A DNA stretch of 64,000 nucleotides from Podarcis muralis (lineage: Eukaryota). Below are positions 13,429 through 25,430 of this stretch, one piece after another; positions within the stretch are counted from its first letter, which is position 1; every line of letters begins with the position of its first letter. Both the position numbers and the translations under genes were made by a program. The notes below the pieces were generated by a model that saw only the letters and a program-made list of their open reading frames with translations, was not told the DNA's origin and made no database searches. The stretch is taken from the NCBI RefSeq assembly GCF_964188315.1, contig NC_135669.1, positions 13,144,001 to 13,208,000 of the forward strand, written 5' to 3'.

Positions 13429-14467
13429 TAAAGTAGAAACAGTGGGTTTAAATTACAGTAAGGTAAGCTTTAAACAAAAGCTGCAGTCTTAAAATATATT
13501 TCCTTATGAACGACTTCCACTAAATTCAATGGGGCTTAGTTCCAATTAAACTTCTGTAGGATTGTGGCCCCACCCCAATGTAAACTGGCATTGGAATAAG
13601 TTATACTGTTAAACTGCAGTAGAAAGGGATTGACCAGGTGGCATGGTGCCAAATCAATTAATGTAATAATAATAACAACAACAACAACAACAACAACTTT
13701 ATTGTCATTGTACAACCTGTGTACAGTGAAGTAATACATACAAATGATCTTTTTCATGTGAATTTTAACTAAAGTAACTATTGAGTGGCTGCTATGCTTT
13801 CTAATAGGCCACAACGTATCTGCTCATCACATCCCTGACTAGTGGAACTGTTCTTTCTCTTTTTCTGAGGTCCTAGTAACCTAGTTAGTCCAGCTTTTCC
13901 TAGTTTTTATTTTGCTCCTTTGTTCCTATCACTTCATCCATATGGAAGAGCAGGATGAGGCTGAACATAAGGAAGTGTAGAAAGAGGTGAGTCCCAACCT
14001 AAAGATGTTACTACTTGTTTATTCTTGTAAATAAAAAAAGGCACCACACCCAGCTCCATTGATATGACAAGGCTGATTCACATATCCAGCTTGTGATGTG
14101 GTGGCCATATAAGAAGACCCTAATCTGCGGCCACTTACTCCTCTCCATACAGTTACCCACCTGTTTTACAGATTTGTTTTGGCAATGATAAATTGCTTAC
14201 AACTGTTCTAAGAGCTATAGATGCTTTCAGTGGTTGTAGCAGTAGGAAGAGAATGTGGAGCTAATAAAGGGATTTACCTGTATTTTGAAAACAATTTCAC
14301 ACCTGCTTTATGCTATTATTTAAAAAAATGTTTATTTCTTAAATGCAAAGCATTTAGTGGTATGCCTGTGTTCTTAAAAAGAACAAAAGTAAATAAGGAT
14401 CCCAACAGGTTTGCATGAGAAGAGATCTGGAGATATCTGCTTGGAGATAAGAGATGGCGTGGAAACT

Positions 14468-14784
14468 TCAGTCTGAACTCGTACAGACTCTTTTTGCAGC
14501 TTGTTCTGGAACATCATTGTCTGTCTCCACACTTTTGCTGTGGCTGCTCTTAACTTCCATCTCTTCATCCGATTCCTTTTCAGAGTGCTTTGTTTTCTTA
14601 AGGTGTGGAAGTTCAATGCGTCCTCTACGCACAAAGTAACTGATGCGAGACTCCAACCCTTCACATTTGGGGCGATCCATTAATGGCTTGTAGTTTCGGG
14701 CTTTTGCTCCCTCGATTAAGGCACTGATCTGATTGTGGACTGGGGGTTTCAGCTCTCCCCACCGAATTGTGCTGTTGCTTGAAC
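14468..14784 (-). CDS. PUS3: PUS3 last coding exon
   Basis: TTTTCAG acceptor; EGAKARNYKPLMDRPKCEGLESRISYFVRRGRI; stop at 14468; AATAAA (minus) at 14331-14336; total CDS 1455 bp. Confidence 0.92.
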
Positions 14785-14979
14785 CTGAAAACATAACAAG
14801 TGCCAACAGGTCAACAAGTCATGTGTAGCATATTATTATTCACCAGTTGCTTCTATCCCCTTTTAAATTACCCAGTTCTGTACCCATATATGTAATCACT
14901 AGAATAGTGCCTTAGAGCCACACTCATACCTAGCAACAGTGAATACGGTTAGAATTCTACAGAACTATGCATCTCCTAC

Positions 14980-15170
14980 CTGTCTCTGTAGGCATCTCAG
15001 CAAAATCAAGCCCTTTTAACATGCTACGCAGCATATGCGTTTTAACAGCATGGTTGGCCCAAAGCTGCTGTAAATGAGTGACGTTAAACTCCTGGACATT
15101 GCGATCATAGATCCACTGGATATTTTCAAATTCACAGTCATACAAAACCAGAGGAAATTCCACTGCCATG
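14980..15170 (-). CDS. PUS3: PUS3 third coding exon
   Basis: SMAVEFPLVLYDCEF...QLWANHAVKTHML; GTAGG donor; 191 bp. Confidence 0.93.
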
Positions 15171-15393
15171 CTGCAAGAAAAGGAGAAGATAAGGTGTTAA
15201 GGAGCTTAAATCAGATGTCTGTGACTTAAAACAGGGAAGTACATGCATAAGACTGAGTAACAATCTGATGTGATACAAAGCAGTGATTAATTTTTATAGT
15301 GTTGGATTCCCATACATGTAAGGCAATTGATGTTGAGCTTTCTGTGCCAGTAACGGGAGTGCAGTTTTTAGTGCACACTAATGACATCTATAT

Positions 15394-15733
15394 GGGACGT
15401 GGGTGGCGCTGTGGGTTAAACCACAGAGCCTAGGACTTGCTGATAAGAAGGTCGGCGGTTCGAATCCCCGTGTCGGTGCGAGCTCCTGTTGCTTGGTCCC
15501 TGTGCCTGCCAACCTAGCAGTTCGAGAGCATGTCAAAGTGCAAGTAGATAAATAGGTACCACTCCGGCGGGAAGGTAAACGGCGTCTCCATTCGCTGCTC
15601 TGGTTCGCCAGAAGCAGCTTAGTCATGCTGGCCACATGACCCGGAAGCTCCCTCGGCCAATAAAGCGAGATGAGCGCCGCAACCCCAGAGTCGGCCACAA
15701 GTGGACGTAATGGTCAGGGGTCCCTTTACCTTT
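15394..15733 (+). mobile_element. Sauria-type SINE
   Basis: Head, core and ACCTTT tail. Confidence 0.85.
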
Positions 15734-16144
15734 ACTAACGCACATCTATAGCTTCCCTTTCCACCCACTCTTCAGCATCTTGATGTGGTTTTGCCTGCAG
15801 TCCAATTGTATTATGGAGCAATGGCACTGGAAAAGCTGTACTAAAGAGCTACAGAAATCCCAATTATGTTTGCCAGGACTTTGCTAAAGACTGGCATGCA
15901 TTTTCATAGGCAAGACAGGGGTATGGTGATGGCTCAGAGCTCTGGCAGAACACAGGCCTTGCATACAAAAGGTCCCAGGTTCAATCGCTATAACCTCTGA
16001 TTAAAAACGGCTCTCTGATATTAGGTCTAGGAAAGACCTCTGTCCAAGATTTGCATCCACTGCTAATGAGTAAAATAAGCTTGTTTCACATCTAACACAA
16101 ATATTATACTGGCTATATATTTTAATTTATTTGCAAAGTCATAC

Positions 16145-16713
16145 CTGTATTGTGGTTTCCGAGGGTTGTTCTCTACATCCAGCAGCACATCGATAATCTC
16201 TGGCTTTTCCATCCTTTGTCCAATCAGGAAGAGAATAGCCATCATGCAACGGACCTGGTGGTAGAGGAATGCTTGGCCTGTCACTTCAAACAGGTACATT
16301 TGGAAAGGGTTGTGCAGCTCTGCATCCTCTGCTCTAGCCACGGGCTTCACCTCTGCAGTAAGAATTGTCCGTTGAAAGTTGGTCACACCGTTGGCTACAT
16401 CCATCTTGCATAGATTACGAAAATCATGGGTCCCCACGAGCTTCTGAGCTGCAGTATTCATGAGAGCTACATCTAGATCAGCACGAGGGAAGAAATAGCG
16501 ATAGGTCCTTTTGAGGCAACTAAACCTAGCACTGAAGCTGGGATCTACTGGGGCCCAAGCCAGTACCCGTATGTCATGAGGGAGCACTTGATTCAATATG
16601 TGTGTGTAGTGGATCTCCTCTGCAGTATTTGTGGCTGTGTCCCTCGTTGCACCCTCGGGTTTATTTGCTGCTTTATCCTTTGACAGGTTTGAGCGGAGAT
16701 CTAGGGAGATCAC
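16145..16713 (-). CDS. PUS3: PUS3 second coding exon
   Basis: VISLDLRS...FSARFSCLKRTYRYFFP...GTHDFRNLCK...GQAFLYHQVRCM...KPQY; 569 bp. Confidence 0.97.
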
Positions 16714-16947
16714 CTGAAACATTGGAGAAGGATAATATGGAGTAAAATATGCAAAAACAACACTATGGGCAGTATCTGGTGCCCTCATTCCGTGACACCC
16801 CCCCATGGGCACCTTGCACCATCCACAATCCTTGTGCAAACTGTACGAATGACTTAGCACGACTTTGGATACAAACCTAAGGGGGTAGATCCCAAGTTTG
16901 CCATACTTGGAGTAGACCCATTGAAATTAATGGGCATGAATAAATTA

Positions 16948-17313
16948 CCGTATTTTTCGCTCTATAAGACACACTTTTCCCCTCCTAAAAAGTAATGTGT
17001 GTGCGTCTTACGGAGAGTCTTATGGCACGAATGCAGGCTCCATGGCTTCGCGTTGCTTTTGCTGATGCCAGGAGAGCAAGAGGGGTCGGTGCGCACCGAT
17101 CCCTCTTGCTCTCCTGGCTTTGCTTCGTCAGAGAGGCTCTGCGCAGTACCCCTTCAGCGAAGCGGGAGGAGAAATGGAAGGGACTCTGTTTCTCCTGCTG
17201 CTTCGCTGAAGGGGCGCTGCGCAGAGGGAGAAAATTATTTTTTTTCTTGTTCTCCCCCTCTAAAACTAGGTGCGTCTTATGGTCGGGTGCGTCTTATAGA
17301 GTGAAAAATACGG
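16948..17313. mobile_element. Tc1/mariner-superfamily (pogo/Tc2-like) MITE
   Basis: TA|CCGTATTTTTCGCTCTATAAGAC...GTCTTATAGAGTGAAAAATACGG|TA. Confidence 0.85.
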
Positions 17314-17521
17314 TAGGTCCATTAATTTCAGTGTGTCTGCTCTGAGTAAAACATAGTTGAATACACCTCTAATATTTATTTTATTTTTTACGGAATCAAT
17401 GAGAATTTTCCAAATACGATGGTGTTGGTGTAGCTTCCTCAATGACTATTTGGACCTGAAATGATCTGGTGATAGGTTTTATCTTGCAGTCCTGGATAAC
17501 TCAGGCTACAATCTTTTACAT

Positions 17522-17710
17522 CAGGCACATCCAAAGTCCATCTCGGGGGCCTAATCCGGCCCCCGTGGCAGTATATGTCCTGGGGTAAAATCCTTTTTTA
17601 AAAAAAGAAGCTCAACAACTTTAATTCTAAAAAAACCTCAATGACTTTGGTCGGCCCTCACACATGTTCACTTCATCAAATCTGGCCCTCTTAAAGTTTG
17701 GGTACCCCTA
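17522..17710. mobile_element. Degraded hAT MITE
   Basis: TTTTACAT/TTTTACAC flanks; imperfect termini. Confidence 0.5.
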
Positions 17711-17978
17711 TTTTACACACTTTCCTGGGAGGAAGCCCCGTTGAATGAGTTTTGATATCAGCATATCTAATACCCAGTATTCAGCTCCACATTCAGCTAA
17801 GAACTCTTTGCTAAGCGGGAATATCACAGAAGGTAATGCTGTTGCCCCCACTTTATTTCATATTCTGCTGGATCCACATCCCCCCTCCCTCACCCTCTGA
17901 GCAGGTTCACTCATTTTCTGCTGTGAGTTGAGCAGGTTGGTTTCATAAAAATGGAGGATAGACAGATGCGGAACTCAC

Positions 17979-18356
17979 CTGTCCAAAGGCACTGACTCCC
18001 TTGTCAGTGCGCCCACAGCGGTGATAGTTGGAAGTCTGTCTGCTGGCTACCAGTCGGGTTTTGCTGAGAGCCTCAAACAGCTTTTCTTCAATAGTATTGT
18101 TGGTGTTCTCTTGGCTAGCAAAGCCCTGATATCCCCAGCCCAGGTAGGCTATCTTCAGCGCCACGTGTCTCTGGCCATAAGCACTAAAATCAAATGGCCG
18201 CTGCTGCCGTTTCTTAGTCTTCCCTGCTGCTGAGAGGCTGCCTTCTGTGCCTGCAGTCTGCTTGCTCTCTAGCTTTTCTTGCAGCCTTTGCACCATGTCT
18301 TCCAGTTCCTGGACTCTCTTCAGTAGCTTCTCTGTTTCTGCTCCATCTCTGGCCAT
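17979..18356 (-). CDS. PUS3: PUS3 first coding exon (TruA-family tRNA pseudouridine 38/39 synthase)
   Basis: RHVALKIAYLGWGYQGFASQE and catalytic CGRTDKGVSA; acceptor at 18368/18367 before the ATG; 378 bp. Confidence 0.97.
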
Positions 18357-19415
18357 TGTGAGAGTCCCTAGGAAGGGAAAACGAGTTTCTACAATTCAAA
18401 CTTTTGTATTTGCTGATAGAGGAGAGGCTGTTCAGCTGGGGACAGTCAACGTGCTACCCAGCTTTCTGCTTTTATTTTCTACCTATACTGTATTGCATAT
18501 TTGAACGTAATGAATTGTGAGTGCATGTCTTTCTCCATTTACTGATAAAGTCATACTAATTCCCAGTGGGCTTTCAGGACATGTTTTTTGTTTACATGGA
18601 CTGCAAGGTGTAGGGGACCGAAAGGGTTTGCTCTTGACACCCTTGGGCTACTCCTGCATAAGGAAACCCTTTTTGTTCTGAAGTGCACATATTTCATGTG
18701 AGATACTGGTCCGCCCTGTTGGGTCTCGCAGTTCCCAGTGTGAACTGAACGTGCACCATAAAGCATACTTAACATCAGGGAGGAAGATTTTCAAGTTGCA
18801 GGCAAACTGCCTTTCAGGGATTCAGATCCACCATTACTGATTCCCATTGTGGAATCTGATACATTACTAAACAGCCTCAGGATTTGCTGGAAAATAATTT
18901 GAAACCCACTAGTATAGCTAATAACTGTAAGACTTAACACGTTCTCCAACGTACTGCAAAGGGGGAACATTGTAACGCAGCAGTACTCAGGATTTTTATT
19001 GTATCCTAAGCTGACTTAAGTGAAAGCAAATTCTTGCTGGAAATAGGTAAATGACTATTCAGTCAGTGAATAAATTTAGTACAGTGGTACCTCGCTTTTT
19101 GAATGTAATCCGTTCCGGAAGACCTTTCAACTTCAAAAATGTTCGAAAACCGAGGTGCAAAGGATGGCCTGCAATTTCAATGGAGAAAATTGGGGAAAAC
19201 TCAGCGGAAAACTGTTCAACTTCTGAGGTGCGTTTGAAAACAGAAGCATTTACTTCTGGGTTTTTGGCGCTCAAAAACCCAAACGTTCGGCTTCTGAGAT
19301 GCTCAAAAACCGAGGTGCCACTGTACTTAAACTTGTTTTGGGTAGATATAGCACACTGTGAGAATTAACATCTCTCTCTTTTAGAATCAGTGACTGCACC
19401 AAGCCAAGAGAAGCA

Positions 19416-20321
19416 ATGGAAACATTCATGGGACTTGATCGTCCCCGCTGGGCCTCTATGAGCCATGAAGATCGGCTCAAAGAAGCTGCAATGGCATTCA
19501 TCCGCCTTTGCGCAGAACAGGGAGAAGGTGATAGCCCAAGGAAGATGTGTTTTGCACCTCAGCTGGACCCCTACACAAGAGCCTCGGTGGCCTCTTTGGT
19601 CAGACCCACACTTCCTGTGAAGATTAGGCATCTTCATTCGGGACCCACCTTGCAAGCAAAGACTCCCGAGGAACCCAGAGTTGCTAGGAAACCTATAATA
19701 AAAAGGAAAGTTCTGAGGCGAAGGCCTGATGGAGAAGTAGAGGTGACGGATGAGTCCATCACCAGCACACCAGAGACCAGCAGTCAGAGTGACCCCGAGT
19801 ATGGGGAGTTGAGTCAAAGAATGCACAGTCTGAAGACTCAGCAAGAGAAAGAAGAGTCCGAGGAGGAGAGCGAGCCAAGCATTTGCCCAGAGTCTGAGAC
19901 GGCTTATTCCTGGATAACTACAGAGAGCCAGAGCCAAAGCTCGCAAAGAGAGAGCCAGAGCCGCAGCAGCACATCCTATGAGCAGGACTTGATTGTTGCT
20001 GGCCACCCAAAATCCTTCATATTACCAAGATTTGATCAGCTAAGCCGGAACAGAATGAAGACCGACCGGGTAGCCCGTTACTTGGAGCATAAGCATGACT
20101 GGGAATCTCTGCGGCTACCCGGGGAAGATCCCAGGAAAGGGGTGCGCTGGAGCATCCGGGAACAGATGCTCTGCAAGTCAGAATTGCCTCCTAGGGCTCA
20201 GCACATTTATATTCCCAACAACTACCTGGTGCCTACAGAGAAAAAGAGGTCTGCCCTGCGCTGGGGAATACGCTGTGACCTGGCAAATGGCGTGATGCCT
20301 AGGAATACCTACTCCTCCTAG
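19416..20321 (+). CDS. HYLS1: HYLS1 centriolar/ciliogenesis protein, single coding exon
   Basis: 301-aa ORF with RKPIIKRKVLRRRPDGEVEVTDES and C-terminal KTDRVARY...YIPNNYLVPTEKKRSALRWGIRCDLA; acceptor at 19384; ATTAAA at 20731. Confidence 0.96.
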   Translation: METFMGLDRPRWASMSHEDRLKEAAMAFIRLCAEQGEGDSPRKMCFAPQLDPYTRASVASLVRPTLPVKIRHLHSGPTLQAKTPEEPRVARKPIIKRKVLRRRPDGEVEVTDESITSTPETSSQSDPEYGELSQRMHSLKTQQEKEESEEESEPSICPESETAYSWITTESQSQSSQRESQSRSSTSYEQDLIVAGHPKSFILPRFDQLSRNRMKTDRVARYLEHKHDWESLRLPGEDPRKGVRWSIREQMLCKSELPPRAQHIYIPNNYLVPTEKKRSALRWGIRCDLANGVMPRNTYSS

Positions 20322-21376
20322 AAATGCAGAGGTCTCTATAGTGCCATCCACAGGAGCATGCCTTGCTTAGCACAGCCCAAATATCTAACTACTCCAGGCA
20401 AGCAGCTAAGCTATTTTGTTTCCTTTGAAACCCTTTCAAATCCTTATTGGTTTTAAATCTGGCTTTCAGAATGAGTGTTCCCACAACACAAAAGGATTTT
20501 ACTTATTCGTGCTTCTTGAATAGTTGTCCCATATAGGATCATTTAGAGATTAATATTGCCTCATCAGAAGCCAGGCAGAAGATGAACCAAAGTTTACTGA
20601 AGTATATGTCAATGAGAATAATTTTTATTTTTATTGCAAGATCTTTTAAACCCACTTCCTCTTCCTAGCGCAATCATCATACTTCTGTATGATGTTGTTT
20701 TTAAAGAAAGTTTAGCTTCTAGATGTATGGATTAAATTAAAAGTGTGTGGTATAAAAGGATTGCCTCTAGTTTCTCTATTGACTAGTTAATTTGTTGAGA
20801 AAGTAATATTTTATCCGGAACAGAAGGCAGGTCAAAAGCTTCACCTCATTTATCAATTGTTGTTGTGTGGGACTGCTGTGCTACATTGTAAACAACTCTT
20901 CACTTTCAAGTGGGTATGTGGTTCTTTTCCAATTGGGAATATTGTCTTGGTTCATATCTATGTATTTTTTAAAACAATTTTATTGAAGGTTTTTAACATG
21001 TTAAGCAATAAAATCCAAACACATTTATAAAACAATAAAAATATATTAAAAAAGAGAGTAATAATAAAATACCTATATACAGGCAACTCACAGTTTAGGT
21101 GCCAAACCTAGAAGTAGCCCCAAAACATCACTGATAGTGGAGGGGTGGAGCACAGTGGGCGTCCACATGCTCCCCTATAAACCAGAATTACTTGTACTAA
21201 GGTTCTCGTGCAAAGTGCTTTTCTTCTGTTCTAAGTTTCTTTCCCTACGTGGAAACACTACGGATATAATGAAATATGGGTTGCATATTGGAGAAGACAA
21301 TGGACAATTGGAGAAGATTTTAATTATGCCTGGCTGTAAGCGTAAGCACCAGTGAACACACTGAAACTTCTGAGTA

Positions 21377-21583
21377 CAGTGGACGCTCAGGTTGCGAATG
21401 TGATCTGTGTGGGATGCATGTTTGCAACCCGCAATGGTGCGTCTGCGCGGGTTGCAATTCGGCGCTTCTGTGCATGCGTGACCGCCAAAACCCAGAAGTA
21501 TCCCGTTCTGGTACTTCCAGGTTTCAGCGCGTCTGTAACCCAAAAAATGCAACCTGAAGCGTCTGTAACCTGGGATATGACTA
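21377..21583. mobile_element. Tc1/mariner-type MITE with asymmetric ends
   Basis: CAGTGGACGCTC at one end and a CAGTCATA-type end at the other; related copies at 38875-39118 and 56627-56866. Confidence 0.7.
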
Positions 21584-22084
21584 TATAGTGGAGCAAGGAA
21601 ACTGCTTTAGCCAGAAGGAAGGCTGCTTTTCCTTCTGGGTAATATACCAGTGGTGGGTAGGGCTGAAGGGGGAGAAATGGGCAGAATAACTGGTCCAAAT
21701 TCTATCTTTGTACAATGGGCTAATTTCTACACACGCCTGCACACACCTCTGTCCTCTGTTCAGACTAGAGATGGGAAGGCCTGGAAAAAACCTAGAAAAC
21801 GGAGGGTAAGCTTTGGGGGGGGAAAGCCCTGGTTTTTTTCTGGGTTTTTCCCAGGCCTTCCTGTCTCTAAGACAAGCAGTATTGTGGCATGATTTTCATG
21901 GGTAAGAACTCATTGGGTACATGAACTGCCAGAATCTGTAAAACTTGAGCTAGTTGACACTTTTTCTTACCCTTAATGTGAAATTACAGCCCAGTTAGCT
22001 TAATGTTTTTTCCTGGTAAACTGGTGGAAACTGTTAACAATAAAATTACCAACCCTATAGAAGTCTTGCTGATAACTTCTGTAA

Positions 22085-23545
22085 GGGTAAGTCTTGTCTA
22101 CCTAACCATTTTAGAGTTCTGCGAGAGTATTATGCAAATGGGGTGATCTTGGATGTGTACCTGGACTTAACTGGTTAAAGAATGCTAAGCGGAGAGTAGG
22201 ACTAATTGACAGTTCTAACAATGGAAGGCTTTAGTAAGCAAGGTTCTCCCAAGATCTGTAATGAAAACAGCTTTTTAACTTATTCATAACTCTGGAATCA
22301 GGGAGCAGTGAGGTGGCCAAGTTTGCTGATGACACCAAATGGTTTAAGGCAGAGCTTTCCAAACTTTTCACGCTGGCTTTTTAGGCGTGCATCATTTCAT
22401 GACACAGCAATTCAGTTTTGCATCATTTCGCGACACAGTAATTCAGTTTTACTATCAAACCAGAGGTTAAACTAACCCTTTTCCCAGCCCGGAAGGAGCA
22501 TTTGTGGGACCCACCTACACACAGCAGCCAACACACTAACATGTCACAACATACAGTTTGGAAAGCTCTCATTTAAGGTGATTAAAACCAAAAGGGATTG
22601 CCTGGAGCGCCAAAAGAATATCTCCTGACTGGGTGAAGGACCATTAAAAATGCATACAATCTTAGTTGGAAGGGATCCCCTAAAGGTCCAATCCCCTGCA
22701 ATACAGGAATCTCAACTAGATTTTGACAGAGTCCACCACCTCTTGTGGGAGTCCATTCCACTGTCAAACAATTCTGTCAGAAAGTTCTTCCTGATGCTTA
22801 ATCGGAATCACCTGTATTACAACTTGAAGCCATTGGTTCAAGTCCTATTTTCCAGAGAAGGAGAAAACAAGCTTGCTCCATACTGCATGTGTCAGCCCTT
22901 GAGATATCTGAAGATAGCTATCACCTCTCAGTCTCCTCTTTACCCAATTCCCTCAACCGTTCTTCATAAGGCTTGGTTTCCAGACCCTTTATCATCTTGG
23001 TTGCCCTTCGCACATATTCCAGCTTGTCAATATCCTTAACAGAACTGGACACAGTACTCCAGGTATAGTCAGACCAGGGCAGAATATAGTGGGACTATTA
23101 CTTCCCTTGATCGGTGGAAAGTGATGCATGCTGATGCAAAAAAACCCCCAATAACTTCCCATGTATTTATAGCGTCTGAACTGGTGTTAACTGGCCAGGA
23201 AGGAGATTTGAGAGTTGTGGCAGATAGCTTGAGAAAGATGTTTTCCTAGCATGCAGTAGCTATGAAAAAGGCAAATTCCATGTTAGGGATAGTTAGGAAA
23301 GCGATTGAAACCACCAACAGGAGGCCCTTATACAAATCCATGCTGCAACCACACTTCGAATAGTGTATGATTCTGGTTGCCGTACCTCAAAAAGGCTCCT
23401 GCACATCAAGAAAATGGCAACCAAAATGATTAAGGGAGTAGAACAACTCCACTATGAGGAAATGTTACAGCATTCAGGGGTTTCTAGCTTATAAAATGTG
23501 GGCATGATAGAGGTGCTAAGATTCTGCAAGGTGTGGGGAAAGCAG
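22085..23545. mobile_element. Nested degraded CR1 LINE fragments
   Basis: FADDTK-like coding stretch at about 22321, KKANSMLG-like at about 23265; opposite-strand CR1 piece at about 22660-23110. Confidence 0.6.
22350..22570. mobile_element. hAT MITE inserted in CR1
   Basis: CAGAGCTTTCCAAAC inverted termini; GTTTAAGG/ATTTAAGG duplication. Confidence 0.75.
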
Positions 23546-24364
23546 TTTTTTCTTCCTACTATGTGAAGATAATGCTAGAACACAAAGTCAACCGACACCA
23601 ATTCTCTACTGACTGTTTTTTTAATTAAAGAAAACAAGTATACTAGAAAAACATTAAAATATACTGTTATTGGACAATTGAACACACTGGTCCATGAGAA
23701 TAGGCATGCATTTAAGTGCTTTTTGCACCAGTGAATCGAGCAGCCTTATCCTGTGTATCTTTATTCGGAAGTAACTGCTATTGAGGTCAATGAAGCTACC
23801 TGCTAAGGATTACAACATCCTAGATGCATCTTTACTCAATGGGATTTCAAACCCTGCACCCAGTGAGTGTGCGTAGCAGAAGATGAGCCCTGTTGGATCA
23901 GGCCGATGGTCCGTCCAATCTAGCATCCTGTTCTCACAGTGGCCATCCACGTGCCTACGAAACATCAGCAAGCAGGACCTGCGTGTTCCCCACGTGCGGT
24001 TCTCAGTACTTCGAACACGCGTGATCGTGGCTCAGGGTTTGAAGTCGGGCCACTAATTTCGGACAGAAACGGCCAGTGTAAGAGCTAATCACGGAAGGCT
24101 AATCAGAACAGGCCAACTAGTAACACCCCCCAAAACCCCCATATATATATAATTTTCAAAGGGTTCAGAATTGTTATATGTACAGCGGTGGGGGAGAGAC
24201 GGGCGATCCAATCAACACCGCCATAAGGCTGCCTGTGAAGGCGATCAGCTTCATTAAGGGAGCGATCCTAAACGCACTTACTCAAGAGTAAGCCCATCGA
24301 ACACTGTGGGATTTGCTCCCGTGTTAAAACATGCGCTGTGAACGCGCGACTCCCGTGTTCCTAC

Positions 24365-24450
24365 CTTTTACGCAGACGTTCGTTGAGAGCAAAAGCCTCT
24401 GAGCGCAGGCATGCCGCCCCGTCCACGATTTCTCCGCAGGAAATGACGTA
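24365..24450 (-). other. PUS3: Probable non-coding exon 1 of PUS3
   Basis: AAG|GTAGG donor at 24365/24364 inside a CpG-rich patch; the coding exon below needs an upstream exon; 5' end approximate. Confidence 0.5.
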
Positions 24451-24620
24451 AAGGCTTCCCTCCCCCAACACATGACACAGAGGAGGTTTGTGGGAAATGT
24501 AGTCTTTCTCTAGAAAGCGGCCAGATTAGCCGTTTACTTCCCACAGCAGGCAGCCAAATGTTTTTGGAAGGTTACAGAAGGTTATCCTGAACGGGATAGC
24601 CCTCCCCTCCTTGTCTGACG
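24440..24620 (-). promoter_or_regulatory. Probable PUS3 promoter
   Basis: TGACGTAA at 24444 and TGGGAAATGTAGTC (ZNF143/THAP11-type ACTACAnnTCCCA motif) at 24491-24504 in CpG-rich sequence. Confidence 0.55.
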
Positions 24621-24761
24621 CCAGCCCCAGAGATATGCTGCCTCTGACATGGAGGCTCCATTTTAGTTATCATGGCTATTAATCATTGAAAACTTTATCC
24701 GCCATAATATGTAAACTCATGAGCTACTGAATTGAGGTGTTAGGCAAAATATTACTGTTTT

Positions 24762-25328
24762 TTATGCAACGAATTGAAGAAAATGTTCCATTTAACATTT
24801 GTTAAAAAACCTGAAGCATTTTTATTAGGGATTGTAGGGAAAGATCTGCCAAAAAAGCTGAAAAACATCTTCATGTATGCGACAACGGCCGCAAGAGTTT
24901 TAATAGCGCAAGGATGGAAGACTGAAGAAACCCCAACTAAAGAATCATGGCAAGAAAAATTGATGGACTATGCAGAACTGGCAAAACTGACATACAAGCT
25001 ACGGGACAAGGATAACTGTGACTTTAGATATGAATGGGAACCCTTTACAAAGTATTTGAAGACGCAATAAAGCGAACTGGACTCCTTGGCTGGTTTTGAA
25101 TAAACATTCACAAACTTTTTATTGATAATAATCAGCTAAATAGTTTGAGGATCTATACAACTGTGTAACATGCAGAAAACAGCATTTTTAGAGAAATCAA
25201 AGACTGGAACTGAGGGAAGGTGGGGGGGTCTGTGGGGGGGGAGGGAGGTAAAATGGGGGGGGAATAAGGATGATGTGTTTCTGGATAATATGTTTTGTTT
25301 TAATTTTGAATAAAAAGTTATTTAAAAA
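24762..25328 (+). mobile_element. 5'-truncated L1-clade LINE
   Basis: ORF2 C-terminus KKPEAFLLG...YATTAARVLIAQGWK...WQEKL...WEPF, 3' UTR and A tail; ATTACTGTTTT duplication on both sides. Confidence 0.85.
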
Positions 25329-25430
25329 ATTACTGTTTTAATTCCGGCCTCAATGGTTGCTTCTATTTCAACAATAATTTAGTGTCCAGGGTGCTTCTTG
25401 AGAAGCATTCACCTCAGCTTATTGCCGTAC

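Noticed and set aside
19365-20006. 213-aa minus-strand ORF
   Set aside because: Antisense shadow of the HYLS1 coding exon.
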